DNA from: the human T2T-CHM13v2.0 reference genome, Homo sapiens
NCBI RefSeq assembly: GCF_009914755.1
Contig: NC_060942.1
Direction: 5' to 3' (one strand)
DNA: 64,000 nucleotides
The position numbers and the translations under genes were made by a program. Under the pieces are notes generated by a model. It searched no databases and was not told the origin of the DNA. It was given only the letters and a program-made list of their open reading frames with translations. Shown here piece after piece: positions 14,269-28,080 of the stretch (position 1 is its first letter; each line of letters opens with the position of its first letter).

Positions 14269-14529
14269 AATCTTGAGGCAGATGGAGCCTCCTCTCGCTG
14301 CCACCAGCGCGTGACTTGACAGGAGGTGGCTGGGTCAGCAGGGCTATGAGTGGAGAAGGTGAATGGTGCCAGCCAGCAGCCTCGGGTCACGCGGAGCAGT
14401 TCAGAAAGTCTTACTGAGCTCTGCAAGGCCAGGATCAAGCCAGATTTTAAGGGGATGATAAGCAAGGTGTGGTCTCTGGCCATAAAGACAAACCATGCAG
14501 TTTTGTAGAATACTCTCAGTTCACAAGGA

Positions 14530-14660
14530 GGTTGTATATCTCTTGCCTCATTCAATCTTCACAACAACTTATGGGCTTGATGGGACAAGTAGAATCAGCC
14601 CTATTTTGTGGATGACCAAACTGAGGCCCAGTGGGGTAAATAACTTGCCCAAGGTCAAAA
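14530..14660 (-). mobile_element. MIR SINE
   Basis: ctcattcaatcttcacaacaac...aaactgaggccc...taacttgcccaaggtca. Confidence 0.7.
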
Positions 14661-15054
14661 AGCAGCCCCAGATGATGGATTTCTGGTCTTTCACTAGAGC
14701 ATTTGGATCTCTGTGCTCCTCTTCCCTCTTGGGTCCTACTGGATCCCATGTTGGTGAGGAATCAGTCCTTTCTTGTATTTTTATCTGGGGACACTGGCAT
14801 GGGACGTATTTGTTAACATCGTGAGTGGACACCTGAATAAGGACAGAATGAACTTCCCATCCTAGATGCCACCCTTTCTCCTGGGGAACTTCTATAATAG
14901 CCCAAAGCCAGAGTAATTTCATTTTCATGCCTTCTCTGGCCAAGCTCAGATCTAGCCAGGGACTTCCCCATTAATATAGGGGCCAGAAGCCCACCTCTCT
15001 CTGTGCACCCAGATTATTTCCTCCCTGGGGTTGCCACTGCCTTGGAGCCCCCCA

Positions 15055-15440
15055 TCCATTTATTCAGTTAACAGATACACACTGAGGGCCTCCAGTGGCC
15101 TAGACGCAGCAGGTACATTGCCGAATAAAGCAGACAGAGTTTCTCTGCCCTTGCAGAACTTGCAATCCGAGTGGGAGAGGCAATCACTGAACGCATAAGC
15201 TTACAGGTGTGTCATTTCCAGTTATGATGGGGCCACACAGAAGAGCCAACACAACACAGTGAGGGATGTCACAAGAGTGGAGGGCCTACTTAGAGAAGGC
15301 AGAGGGCCTCTGGGAGGAGAAAACAAGTAGACCGAGACTTGAAGGAGGTGCATGTGCACCAGCTTTTCAGCAGCCGGAGGAAGAGGGTCCCCAGCTCTGG
15401 TTAGAGAAGCACCGTGGGGTGAAGGTGGGGCACCTTGGTA
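15055..15440 (-). mobile_element. L2 fragment
   Basis: ccatttattcag...actgagggcct...ctgcccttgcagaacttgcaatc, antisense L2 3' region. Confidence 0.55.
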
Positions 15441-18400
15441 TGCATGGTGACAGGATGGATTTTTCTTCCCCACTCTACCAGTATTTCACAGTCAGCATCC
15501 CCATCATCAGAAATATCTTGATGGCCTCCATTCACACATCAAGTCAACGTGAGTCCCCACACTGCTGTTTTATACCTGGCAGTTTTGTACTGTTTTGTAC
15601 TCTCTGCCAGATACTCAAGAGAGGAAAAGAGGAATAAGATACCCAAGAGGCTTACAGTCTAGCCAAGGAAATAAAACATGCAGGCAAAACTAGGGCCAGC
15701 CGGAACATCTGCCCCCATCTCCAGCCAGCCCATCACATTCCCCACCCTCAGTCCCCTGATGTCAGTAGCCACCTACTGTTCTCCCTCCTGTCTGCAGAGA
15801 TACCTTCCCTCTTGCTGACTCCAACACCCACCATACACTGGCCAAGGTGTGGGAGGTCAGCCAGGCTACCCCATAACACCTGGCATGGATAACCCCCCAC
15901 ACACCCATGTCCTTGGTAAGACCAAAGAAGCAGGAGGAGCAGGCATCTGCGGAGGTGCTCCCCTGGCCAGGCATTTTCATCATCACGGTGTTTAGCCGTG
16001 TTTCCCTTTTCTGGGTGGGGAACGTGAGACGGTAGAAGACCTGGGGCTTGCCCAGGTCCAAGGGCTGAGTGGGAGTCGGACCAGAGTGCCTCACCCAGGC
16101 CTGTCTGGCATTCAAACCCATTGTGCATATCTTGACACACTAGTGATTTTCATGTATTTTTAGCAGAAGAGTTGTTTTTCCAAACTCAATCTCAGGCGTG
16201 TCCTCAACCACATGAAACAGACCTGGCAAAGGGCCTCTGCCTGGGATCCAGGAGCTTTGAGTCTGCCCACTCAACTGCCCTTCACCCATCCCCACAGGTG
16301 GCCCAAGCCTCCTTGGGAACAACACAAGGGGCCCATCTAGTCTTCAGACCGGATCTCAGAACGAATGGAGAAGGTCTGAGCACTTCCTTCAGGGCCACCC
16401 CCACCCCCGGCACTGCTCAGAACAGACCTCACTGAGTCCAGTGGGGCAGAACCACACAGAATGGCACACTGTGAGAGAGGGGCCCATTCAGACAGAGCCC
16501 GGTGCAAACAGCTGCCATCCACGTCTGCAGAAATGGCAGGCACAACAGTCACTTCCTGGTCTATAACCCCATATGGTCTCCAGAGGCAGGCACAGGCCAG
16601 GATCACCATTTCACAGACGCAAACGTTGGTCTCCCCCAAGCTCCCTAGACTTTGTGTCCTTCTCTATCCTGGCTCCCTCCGCCTCCGGCTGTTCCTCAAC
16701 TGTTGTCCAGTAGACATTTTGGGATACGGCTTAGATAAAGGATGTGTGCACTCCCATTGCAGCTTCCTTGAGGGATAATGCCACATAAATGTTAACATGA
16801 CTTTTAAAGACCATCTGTGGCAAAGTTCAAAGTTGTGGGTGGATGTGAGCTTCAGGCCGAGTCATTCTGGAATCCCCATTATAGGTCAAATCTTTTTGTG
16901 AGCATTTCAAGGGGTTTTCTCAAATTCTATAAATAGCTTAGTAACGCCTGTGTATTCATCTATTTTTAAAGCCAGTCTTCCGGACAATTTCAGAAGTAAT
17001 TGGGCCACTCATTGAAAGTAGGGTTTCAAAAGTCATTTCTTCAGCTTCCAACTGCTTCCAGAGCAGAGGGATCCCAGATGCCATTTCTGCCTAGGGTTGG
17101 GGACCCAACCTTCTTAGTAGAACCTGGTCCAGGCAGAAACCGTGGAGAAGACTCTAGGAATCTCCAAAAAGCTGGATAAGCTGAATTCTGGCCCCAGCTC
17201 CCAGTTCCTCCCACAGGAAACCTTGGATACAACATTCATCCAACTTATGCTTCAGTTTCTCACATAGCAGAATATGGGCACAGTCACCCTTTGCTGATTA
17301 GGAAGGGTTATTACACCTGTTTGCGTCACTCTGTCACCTGGGTGCAGGTCAAAGGTCTCTTTCATTTTATAGATAAGGATGCAGAGGCACGGTGACTGGC
17401 CTGACAGTCACATGGTGACTTTCCATTTTATAGATGGGGACACAGAGTCACAGCAGTTGGCCAGTCTTGCTGTCCTTTTATTTTGCGGTTGGCCTGCTCC
17501 TCAGGCTGAGGCCTCAGTGAGCACAGCCCCACTCTGTTTCCACAGAGAGCTTCATGTCATGGATAAGACCTACCACCTGTGCCCGGGCCTAGGCCTGGCA
17601 AACACCTGTCTCCAAGCCCTCGGCCTCTCTCCTGGGCAGGATGGCAGCCAGGCAGGGAATATCCGAATTCTGCAGAGACAACAACTCAGCCCTCTCCTCT
17701 GAGGACCTGGAGGGAAGTGTAAGGCAGGGGTGGGTGGCTGTCATGTCTGCATGATGACCTTTTCAAACTTGATGCCTTGGGGGGTCCAAAGAGCACCAGG
17801 CCCAGGATCAGAGACCTGGGTTCCAGCTCTGTCAACCTCAGAAGGTAGGCAGATCAAGGAGCCTCATCCTCCAGTGAGCTGCTGTGTGGGGCAGAGCCAG
17901 GAAAGCTGCAGGAAGTGCCTAGAAAGGCAGAGTGCTGTGTAGAGGTATGGCGAGACAGTGACATGAACATCAGGCAGGCGGCAGAGAAGATCAGGGCGCC
18001 AGCACGGGCACCAGCTACTAAGTGTGTAATCACTGAGGGCTGCCCTTGAGCCTGGGAACTTCAGCCCCCTCACGCCCCTTGACCTGACAAGTGGTACTAA
18101 CGTCCTCCCTGAGGCTGAGTCCAGTGACACCTTGCTTTGAGGAATTCCTGCTTGTCCCACTGGTATTCTTCATCTGTCAGACAATCCAGCCTTCTCTCTC
18201 TGCTCAGGCTGAAAGGAAAACTTCCAGCCTCTTCTGAGGGCTTTTCAAGGCCACAGCCACAGCAGGTGCTGGCTCCCTTGCCTGAGAATAAGGCTTCGCG
18301 CCTGCCTAAGTGTGAGACAGAATTCCTGCTGGATCAGCCTGACTTCTCAGCTTCTCTCTGCTGCAACCCAGCGCCATCCCCCCGCCTCCCTGTCCCCTCC

Positions 18401-18884
18401 TACGGATCAGCAGAGCTGAGCCTACCTGACCTGATTTTGCCAATAGAAATATGCTGGGTGCTCACAGCCTGGGAAACTTGGAAATGTCTCCAGAGTGATC
18501 CAGATTTAGCTGGAAGTGGCTGATGGCTGTTCCCAGCCACAGTGTGTGCCCTTTGTCTAGAGCCAACTGCTGGGGAGAAAGCATTTCCAGCCACAGTGTC
18601 ATGAACCATCAGTCACAGAGAATGTGTCTGGTAATTTTTTATTAATAATAGTTAAAGGATCGGCATTTGGGGCTTGATTTTCATGTCCATTGATTAGAGC
18701 AGATTCAAGATAATCCTCATCATATCACTCTCTCTTCATTCTTTTGGATGGGACAGAAAGGGCAGCAATCACCCAGTACATCGGGAATTTGACATGATGC
18801 TCAGGAGAGTGTCAGGCACCTGTGACAGCCACCCGATGGTCCTAGGTAAGGCCTGTGATTGCAGGGGGCAGCTGTTATTTCTGC

Positions 18885-19375
18885 GTGTGGTCCAGGGATC
18901 TGTCACTGAGCCCACCTGCCCCAGCTGCAGAATGACCACATGACCTGGTTCTGTCCAATCAGGGAACCCCATCACCACAGCCACAGTGATTGGGCTGAGA
19001 GATAGTCATGTGATGAGCAGGGCCAGTCAGAATCCTTCCCTGAGATTTGAGGGTTTGACATTTGGGGAGGGGGGGCTCTGTCTTCCTTTTGGCTCAAGAA
19101 CCATTATGAGAGAGACCAGGTGCTGCTGACCGCCATCTTAGCCATGGCAAAGGGAGAACCTGTCTGTGGCAGCAGAAAAAGCAGTCAGCATGCAAGTCAA
19201 AGCCCAGACAAGGGAGAGAGGGGAGAGAAGGGAGGACCAGCCCTGGGGTTGCTGTTTGAGCCCTGGGGACAGGCTGTGTCCTAGGGCCCACCTTCCATGT
19301 AAGACAGCCCAGGCCTGTGTGCCTCTTCAGCTAGTCTGAGATGGTTTCTGTCACTGGCATCCAAGAATCCTCAGT
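18885..19375 (+). mobile_element. MaLR solo LTR (MLT1K/L-like)
   Basis: ccaatcag...ccacagtgattgg...gtcatgtga...gccatctt...gtttctgtcactggcatccaagaatcct is the MLT1 pattern. Confidence 0.65.
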
Positions 19376-20254
19376 GTCTAGGGGCAGAGCAGAGTGAAGC
19401 AGTGGAATGGTCAGGGGTCGTTGGCCAGGGAGATCAGGGATACTTGGGGAAAGGTTCAAGTCCACCTAAAAAGGGACACACCCAAACCCAAGGAGTAGTT
19501 CAGGGCCCAGCTGGCATCAGAACTCAAGCAAACTTGTCCCAGGGCGGAGGCTGCAGCCCAGTGCCCACATGGTCCCTGTCTCCCTCCAGACAAGATGTGC
19601 AGCCACCACAGACTGTTGCCAGAGTGCAGAGTGACATGCAGGTCAGATTCTGACTGCTCCAGAGTCTAGGTGTGGCTGAGTCCTCAGGGCCAGGCCTCAG
19701 GGCTCAGCAGGACTGAGCCAAGACTGGCAGCTGTGGCCAGGACGTGGCATGATGGCCAGCTGTGAGTACAGCCCAGCAGACATGCCCCTTGGCTGGGCTG
19801 CATGTGCAGACTGCCAGGGGTCGGGGGCGGCCAGGTCCGAGGCAGGCTTTGGTGGATGGAGTAACTCAGGATACAGCTACCAGGTCTCTCTGCCGCTTAT
19901 TCAGCACCTACTTTGCACCAGATACGTTGCACATGTTACTCATTTAAGCCAAGGAGGTTTGCCTGACCCAATCAGACTGATGCCAAGACCTTCCACGATG
20001 CTGCCCTAGGTGGGTGTGTGAGAGGCAGGGTCCATGGGCTGCCACCCAGGACCCGGGCAATAACCAGATCACCCCTTCCCTGCTTCTCCTCCTATCCTGA
20101 CTCCAGCTCTGCTAGAAGCACTGCCCACCCAGCCTCAGTGCCCACTTCTCTGACTCTGCCCCTCACCGTCCAGTCCCCAGCATCCAGGCCCCAGTCTCAT
20201 CCTCATCCCCAGGGCCTGGGAATCCATTATTTTGTCACCTAGGAGAAGCCTGTT

Positions 20255-20620
20255 GTACTGATGAGTTCTTTTTGTCCCAAGTCACAGGAACCAACTTGAG
20301 GTGGCTTAACATTGCTAAATCCTTTTCTGTAAGGATTCTGAGGTTTCATGGAGCCCAGAAGTCCCAGGGAAGGACAGAAGGGAACATTCAGGGTCGTCTC
20401 TCAGGCTGGGGGTAACCTGATGTGTCACAGTGTCTGTGGGTTCCATGCTGCAGGCCAGCCCTACGCTTGGGAATTCCCAGCCCTCTGCTTCACTGTTGAT
20501 AGGAACAGGTGCCAAGGAAGGACTGCACTGTCTCTCTGAGCTGGAGGCTCCTGTCCTGGGCTCCTCCCAAATGATGATGACTGGGGTGAGAAAAGAGCCT
20601 TCCAGGAACTACCCAAGGCC
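20255..20620 (-). mobile_element. Old MaLR LTR fragment (MLT1-like)
   Basis: gagttctttttgtcccaagtcacaggaaccaact...ggcttaac resembles the antisense MLT1 3' end. Confidence 0.45.
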
Positions 20621-22860
20621 AGGTCTAGCCATGGGGGCCAGGCCGCAGGCCCTGGGCTGTGTGATAGGAACGGAGGAGTGAGGGGGCTTCACTGGTGGGG
20701 GGGACCAAGGAGGAAAGCCTGCCGGGGGGATTGCAACTAGCCTCAGCAAAGCCCTGAGGGGAGAGTCTGACACAGGGGAGACTCGGGGTTGGGGTGGAGC
20801 TACATTGACGTCAACTGTGACCCCACCACACCACCAAAGGGCGGCTCTGCGGAATGTCGTGGCCTTACTTGAAGCAACCCTGGGAAGGGGGAAAAAAAAT
20901 CCAATAAGCCAAGAAACATCACTGTATGGCAAAAATGTTACCCACAAAAGTGAAACAAATGTCATGAGACGGTGGCCTTGGAGCAGGGACTGGGACTGGC
21001 CCAGAGAAGGTGGGAAGAAAATATCAGGAGTGAACTGTCAGCCACAAATGAAAGAAAAGATGAGACAGGCATACATGCTGACTCTGTACTCTTATGTCTT
21101 AGATTAACAGCCCCCTACCCTTTGGACAGGTTGTCCTCTTAGAGAAGAGCTGTCTGACCACGTACCGTGGGATATTTATGCATCCGGTCCACACACGTTC
21201 ATTGAACACCTACAACGAGCCAAGTCCCATTCCAGGGGACATGAAGATGGCTCAGAAAACAGGATTCCTGCCTTCAGGAAACCCTTCTAGCAAAAAGTCA
21301 GGTCATCAACAGACATCGGACCTAGTGGAGGTGATCAGGGCTGGGAAGGAAGCATAGCAGAGTGGGAATGAGGAGTCCCGGGGGCTGTGGTGGAGGGGAC
21401 AGCCAGGGAAGCCTCCCTAAAGAGGGAATGTGGGAGCAGGAAGGTGAAAGAAGGAAAGTTGGGGCCAAATAAAAAATAAAGCACCTTTTATTTGAAAATT
21501 AGTTTCCTCTTTTCAGTATAAAGAATTCTGTCAAATATGTTTTTTAAGCCATGCAACCAATTGCCCGGGAGAAGAATGCCTGGGATTGACTCCTGGCTGC
21601 TGGGCTCCCACAGCTCCCCATGGTCTGTCCCTCCCACATGTATCCAGCTTCTCAAGGAAAAGAAACTTCCTGCTAGCAGTAAATAAAAGTGCACTTTCTC
21701 CTCCCCACTGGAGAGATGGCAACAGCAGCCACCTCTCTGGACAGAAACAAACCAGGGTCACTGGGGGCATAGCGTTTGGATGGGCAAATTTCCCTAGGCC
21801 ATTCATTTTCCAAGAGGGAGCCCGAAATGAGGGTGAGTTTGCAGGGATTGGTAGGGGCTGCCCATCTCCCTCAGGAAGTGTAAAAAATATATGCATCATA
21901 GTCCTTGTGCCTCGACTACCCCCAACCCCACCCTCCAGCAGCATCTCCCTGTGGTGGTTTGCGCTGCTGGGTGGTGTGGGGGTGTTTTTTCCCCTTTGCC
22001 TGTATACAGCTGTTTTTGGCTTGGCCACTGCGCTCCACCATGCCAGAGCTCATGTGGTTATCCCGAGTGGGAAGAATTTCCCAGAATGCCTTGAGAAACC
22101 TGAGACACTGAATGGCTTTCAGGGCTTATTGATGTGGCCGGTGCAGGAAATAGCAGTACGTCAATAAATAGTTTTAGGCAGGAAACGGGGCTTAAATGGT
22201 AGCCTTAAAGTTTGGGGAAAGGCACTAGGGGTTGCTGGGAGGTAGCCTGCCAATCAGATGAGAACCTAGAGCCAAATACCAGGCTTTGAAATGGCTGCCA
22301 CCAATCTGAGGCCCCTTGCTGCTTTTGGATACAAGAGGCTGAGGTTAGGGGCAGAGCTAGAGGAATGGCTTGTTTCGGTTGGCAGAAAGGACTCCTTGTT
22401 CCAGAGGAAAAGCTGGCAACCTATAACATGTGTCAAGAGGAGACACACAGGCTGGGTTTTGGTGGCCTCTGGGCGGGGCATGTTCACACCCCAGTTCCCC
22501 ACCCTTCTCGTGAGAATCACTGCTGACTGGCAGATTACCAGAAGAATTCCACTGTCCTAATGCAAAAAATCAAGGAAAAGGGTCACAACCTGCCAGTTTC
22601 TTTTAAAATAGCTGTTTTTCTGATTATAAAGAGAAACATTCCCAGAAAATCAGAAATTCAGAAAGTAATGTAGAGAATAAAGGTCATCCATAATTCCGCT
22701 ATTGAGAGACAACTCCTGTGAAACACTATTTCTCCTCTTTCTTTTTAAAAAAAACTCTATTCATGGATGAGATTATATGGTAAATGCAATTTCAGTTTTG
22801 CTTTTTTCATTTAACATTATATAAACATTTTCCCCATGCTATTATAAACGTTTCATAAAC

Positions 22861-23174
22861 TTTTTGTTGTTGTGTTTTTTTTTTTTTTTTTGAGACAGAG
22901 TCTCGCTCTGTTGCCCAGGCTGGAGTGCAGTGGCGCAATCTCGGCTCACTGCAACTTCCACCTCCAGGTTCAAGTGATTCTCCTACCTCAGCCTCCTGAG
23001 TAGCTGGGATTATAGGTATGTGCTGCTATGCCCAGCTAATTTTTTTGTATTTTTAGTAGAGATGGGGTTTCACCATGTTGGCCAGGTTGGTCATGAGCTC
23101 CTGGCCTCAGATGATCTGCCCATCTCAGCCTCCCAAAGTGATGGGATTACAGACGTGAGCTACTGCACCTGGCC
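22861..23174 (-). mobile_element. AluSx-like, full length
   Basis: Poly-T, then tgagacagagtctcgctctg...gtgagctactgcacctggcc; TSD core cataaac. Confidence 0.95.
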
Positions 23175-25324
23175 ACATAAACATAATTTTTAATGGATGC
23201 ATGAATCATCATTTACTTAATTGTTCCCCTGTTGTTGGGTGCTTAGGTTTTTAGATTTTTATGTGCATTAAGCTTATTTTTTCTAATATTTTAAATTGTT
23301 TCCTTATGATAATTACCAGAAATGCAACTACCAGAGCAAACAATAAGAACTCTTAAGACTTATTTTAAGGATTTTCAGAAAAGTCATACCAATGCCCATA
23401 TATAAGTGCCTGTCTCACTGCATCCTTACCAGCATTGACAATTACCATTTTAAGTTGTCCTTATATATATAGATGGGAAAAAGACGTTTTCATTCATTCA
23501 ATTACTACTGATATTGAATTAAGTTGTTTTCATATATGTATTAGTAATTTACATTTTGACACAGGATTTACCTCTTAATGCCCTTTCCCCATTTGTTCAT
23601 GAGGGATTTCATACTTTTATTACAAATTTGAACACACTATTTATATATTAAGACCATTGCCCTTTGTCACATTTATTGCGTGTATTTTCCTGAGCATATC
23701 AATTGTCTTTTAATATTTTGATGCATTCTTCCATTGTCTTAGTGAAGAAAGCCCCCCTCCTTCCAGAAATGTGAGAAATACTCTTTCATTCTCTTCAAAT
23801 TTTTGGTCCTTTTTTTTTTTTTTTTAACATTTGACTCTTTATTCCATCTGGAATTTATTTTAGAGCCCAGTGTGAAGTAAGATTCTAAATTATTTTCCTC
23901 CTGATACTTAGACAGCTGTCCCTGCACTGTTGCTTGAGTGAATAATGCTTCCTTTGCCACTGATTTGTGGTCCTCAAGGGATCATGTGATAAACCTTTGT
24001 GGATGCCAAATTTGTTTCTAGGCTATCTGATCTAGCTCTCCATTCGGATGTCAGCTCTACAGCCTCTTAATGAATAAAGCTTTATTAAGGATAAGTTAAG
24101 AGTAGTGTAACTCTTTCCAATGTTGTTTTGTTTTTAGTTATTTCCCTTGCTATTCTTTCAAATTACTTTTAGGATTATTTTTTCAAGTCTTCATTTCCTT
24201 TTCTCCCAAAAAAGTTCACATTGGGATATGGAGTACAGATTGATATTAAACCTGTGAATTATTTCAAAGAGAATTACCATCTTCACAATGCTGTCTTCTC
24301 AATAAGGAATTGTGTGTGTTTCTTCGCTAGTTGAAGACGTTCTCTTAAATCTTTCAGTTTTGTTAGGCAATTTTCTTTATAGAATTCTTGCATATTTCTT
24401 AATAATGTCACTTAAGTATTTTATTGCTTTATTAAATGAGCTTTGTACATTAAAATCTCACTAGTTAATTCTGTCATAAAAGAAAGCTGTTGATTTTGTG
24501 TATTAATTTTGTATCTAAATATTCTTATTAATTAGTCACTGAACTCTCTTGTTAATGATACTCTTTATTAAAGGCTTCTCTCAGATTTTCCATATATTTA
24601 ATCAAATCATTTTATCTCTTCCATTCTAAGGGTCATAGGTGTTGCTGCCGTTTTTTAATCAAGCCTATTGAAGTAATACATTACATTTATAGATTTCCTG
24701 ATACTAAGTCATCCATGCCTTCCTGATAAAAATCTACTTGGTTATAATGGATCTGTTTGTTAGTATTTCACTTGGGATTTTATATCTATTCACATTAGCA
24801 AGATTAACTTGTAGACTTCCTTATTTGTAACTTACTATCATGAGATTTTGTTTATAGGGAACTGGTTGGAAAGCGTCTCTTTTTCTATGTTCTGAGTCAG
24901 TTTGCAAAGGAAAGCAGTTACCTAATTTTTTGGAAGTTTGAATGAACTTACCTATAAAAATTGTAAGTTTAGAGATTTCCTTATAAAGGTAATTCTTTCA
25001 TAACTTTCATTTTGGCTTATGAATTTTTAGTTTATTCTGGCTCATTTCTTTTTTAGCAAATGTTGATTTTTTTAATGAATCACCTATTTCATCATTTTTT
25101 CAAAATTATCAACATAGAGTTATAAATAATTTTATTATACTTTTTTTCTATATCATATCTGTTTTCATATCTAATTTTATTTCTGTTTCTTCTTTCTTGA
25201 TTTTATATGTGATTTCCTTTCTCTATTTCCTAAGTAATTAATTTGGGGGTTTTATCTGTATTATGTCCTTATATTTCCTTAGCTATTGTTGGTTTTCTAA
25301 TTGTTTTAGTTAAATGTTTAGATC

Positions 25325-25575
25325 AACATTGTCTGGTAGAAGTATAATGTGATCTACATATGTAATTTTAAATTTAATAATATGTGTTATAAAATTTCAT
25401 AGGTAGGTAATATTTTTAAAATATGAGACATTTTACATTCTAGTTTTTATACTAAGCCTTTGAAAAGTAATATCTGTTTTACGCTTACAGCCCATATCAG
25501 TCGGGATAGCCACACTTCAAGGGCTCAATATATTGTCACATGTGGATAGTGGCTACCATATTGGATAACATTGGT
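25325..25575. mobile_element. MER33-like DNA transposon (internally deleted)
   Basis: tagaagtataatgtgatctacatatgtaattttaaattt...gccacacttcaagggctcaata...tagtggctaccatattggata. Confidence 0.7.
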
Positions 25576-26689
25576 TTAGATGATATATTTTCTTCCATTA
25601 TTTAGTGGCCAAAATAGTTAAGTCTATAAATTGACCTTTCATTATAGTTTTGACCACATCCCACAAGTTTTTATAGTTATTTCCTAGATAATCTAATACA
25701 GGTATTGTATATTTGAGTATGTCTTTATTTCATTTTTCTTTAGAAGAATACCTTTTAAGTATTCAAGCAATTGGCTATTTTTTAATTGTTGTTAATTCAT
25801 AGTCCCAGTATGTAACCTGTACAATTTCTATGTTTTGAAATTTATACTGAGATCACAGCTTACTATGAAGCTTGTTTCAATTTAATCTTATTAACTATAT
25901 TATTTAAATCACCTAAGTCATTTGTTTTTTATTCATTTAATCGGCCATAGAATGTTAGTGGTTTTATTTCCTGATATAATTCTTCCTTTCTGGTTTTTTT
26001 CCTATGTTTCTTTTTTTTTTCTTATGTTTCAATAGCTTCAGGTATATTCAAATCTATACTATAAAGTCTATAACATTTTGTGTTATCTCTTTATTATGGA
26101 TTGTATTTTTATATATAAAACCTTATAATTTTATTTAATAATTGTTATCTTAAAAATACTTCCCTTTTACTACTACTTTATTTTCATTTGCTCACTCTTG
26201 TTTTTACCCATCCATTTATTTTTTTATATCCTGTTTTCAGTTCTGCTAGTGGTTACTAGTGTTTACTTTTAGCATTTTAAAGGCATACTTTCATTTTTTT
26301 TCTCTGATTCCCAAGCTTAAGAAAGATGCAATAACCTGTGAATCCTTATGGCCTAAATTAGGAAATGTTGTGTGCTTTACAGACTTCTATCCCCTTCCCA
26401 CCAGTATTTACTAATCTCTAGTAATTTAATCTTGGATTATTAAGTCACTACTACTATAAAATTCTTATTTAAATTACATTTTAAAATTAAATATCTTCTC
26501 TTCCAAGGATTATTTCTGGCTTTTGATTCCATTGTATAACCAAAATTATAATGACTTATTTTAACTTAACTTAATAAGTCTACCTGGTTGTAGTTTCAGT
26601 TTTCCCTTCTGTTTCTTCTATACCATGGTTTCCTCAGAGTTAAATCATAAATTTTGTTGGCCATAACATGCATTCGGAAAGTTCTTTTT

Positions 26690-27601
<912 letters not shown>

Positions 27602-27856
27602 TAAACATGTAGGAGTGATTTGTTTTAGAACTTGCTTATGTAAGATCTTTCTCTCGCTTTCACTCATAGGCAGGTTTGTTCTTTTCCCTTCAAACTCATG
27701 AAGACGTTGCCTTCATGTCTCTGAATTTTTAACCTCAAATAAAGAAGTATAAGGCCAACCAGATTTTTCTTCCTTTGTAAGAAGACTGTCTTTTGTTCCT
27801 TCGTAGCTGTTTTTAAATTTTTCTTTTTCTGCGAAACTAAAAAAGAAAATTCAGCG

Positions 27857-28080
27857 GGGGCAACGTAGACCTTGTCTCTACAAAAAAATTTAAAAGTTAG
27901 CCAGGCATAGTGTTATATGCCTGTAGTCCCAGCTACTCAGGAAGCTGAGGTGGAAGGATCACTTGAGCCTAAGAGGTCGAGGCTGCAGTGAGCCTTAATC
28001 GCACCACTGCACTGCAGCCTGGGCAACAAAGCGAGACCCTGTCTCAAAAAAAAAAAAAAAAATGAAAAAAGAAAAGAAAA
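27857..28080 (+). mobile_element. 5'-truncated AluJ with A tail
   Basis: ggcaacgtagaccttgtctctacaaaaaaattt...ggaaggatcacttgagcct...gagaccctgtctcaaaa (J diagnostics). Confidence 0.9.

Noticed and set aside
21468-21690. AATAAA signals as an intronic polyadenylation site
   Set aside because: No associated terminal exon is evident, and such hexamers are frequent; 3'-end sequencing would be needed.
21586-22167. 193-aa ORF with a hydrophobic stretch
   Set aside because: Alternative start codon, no recognisable homology, codon bias or splice boundaries; expected by chance in GC-rich DNA.
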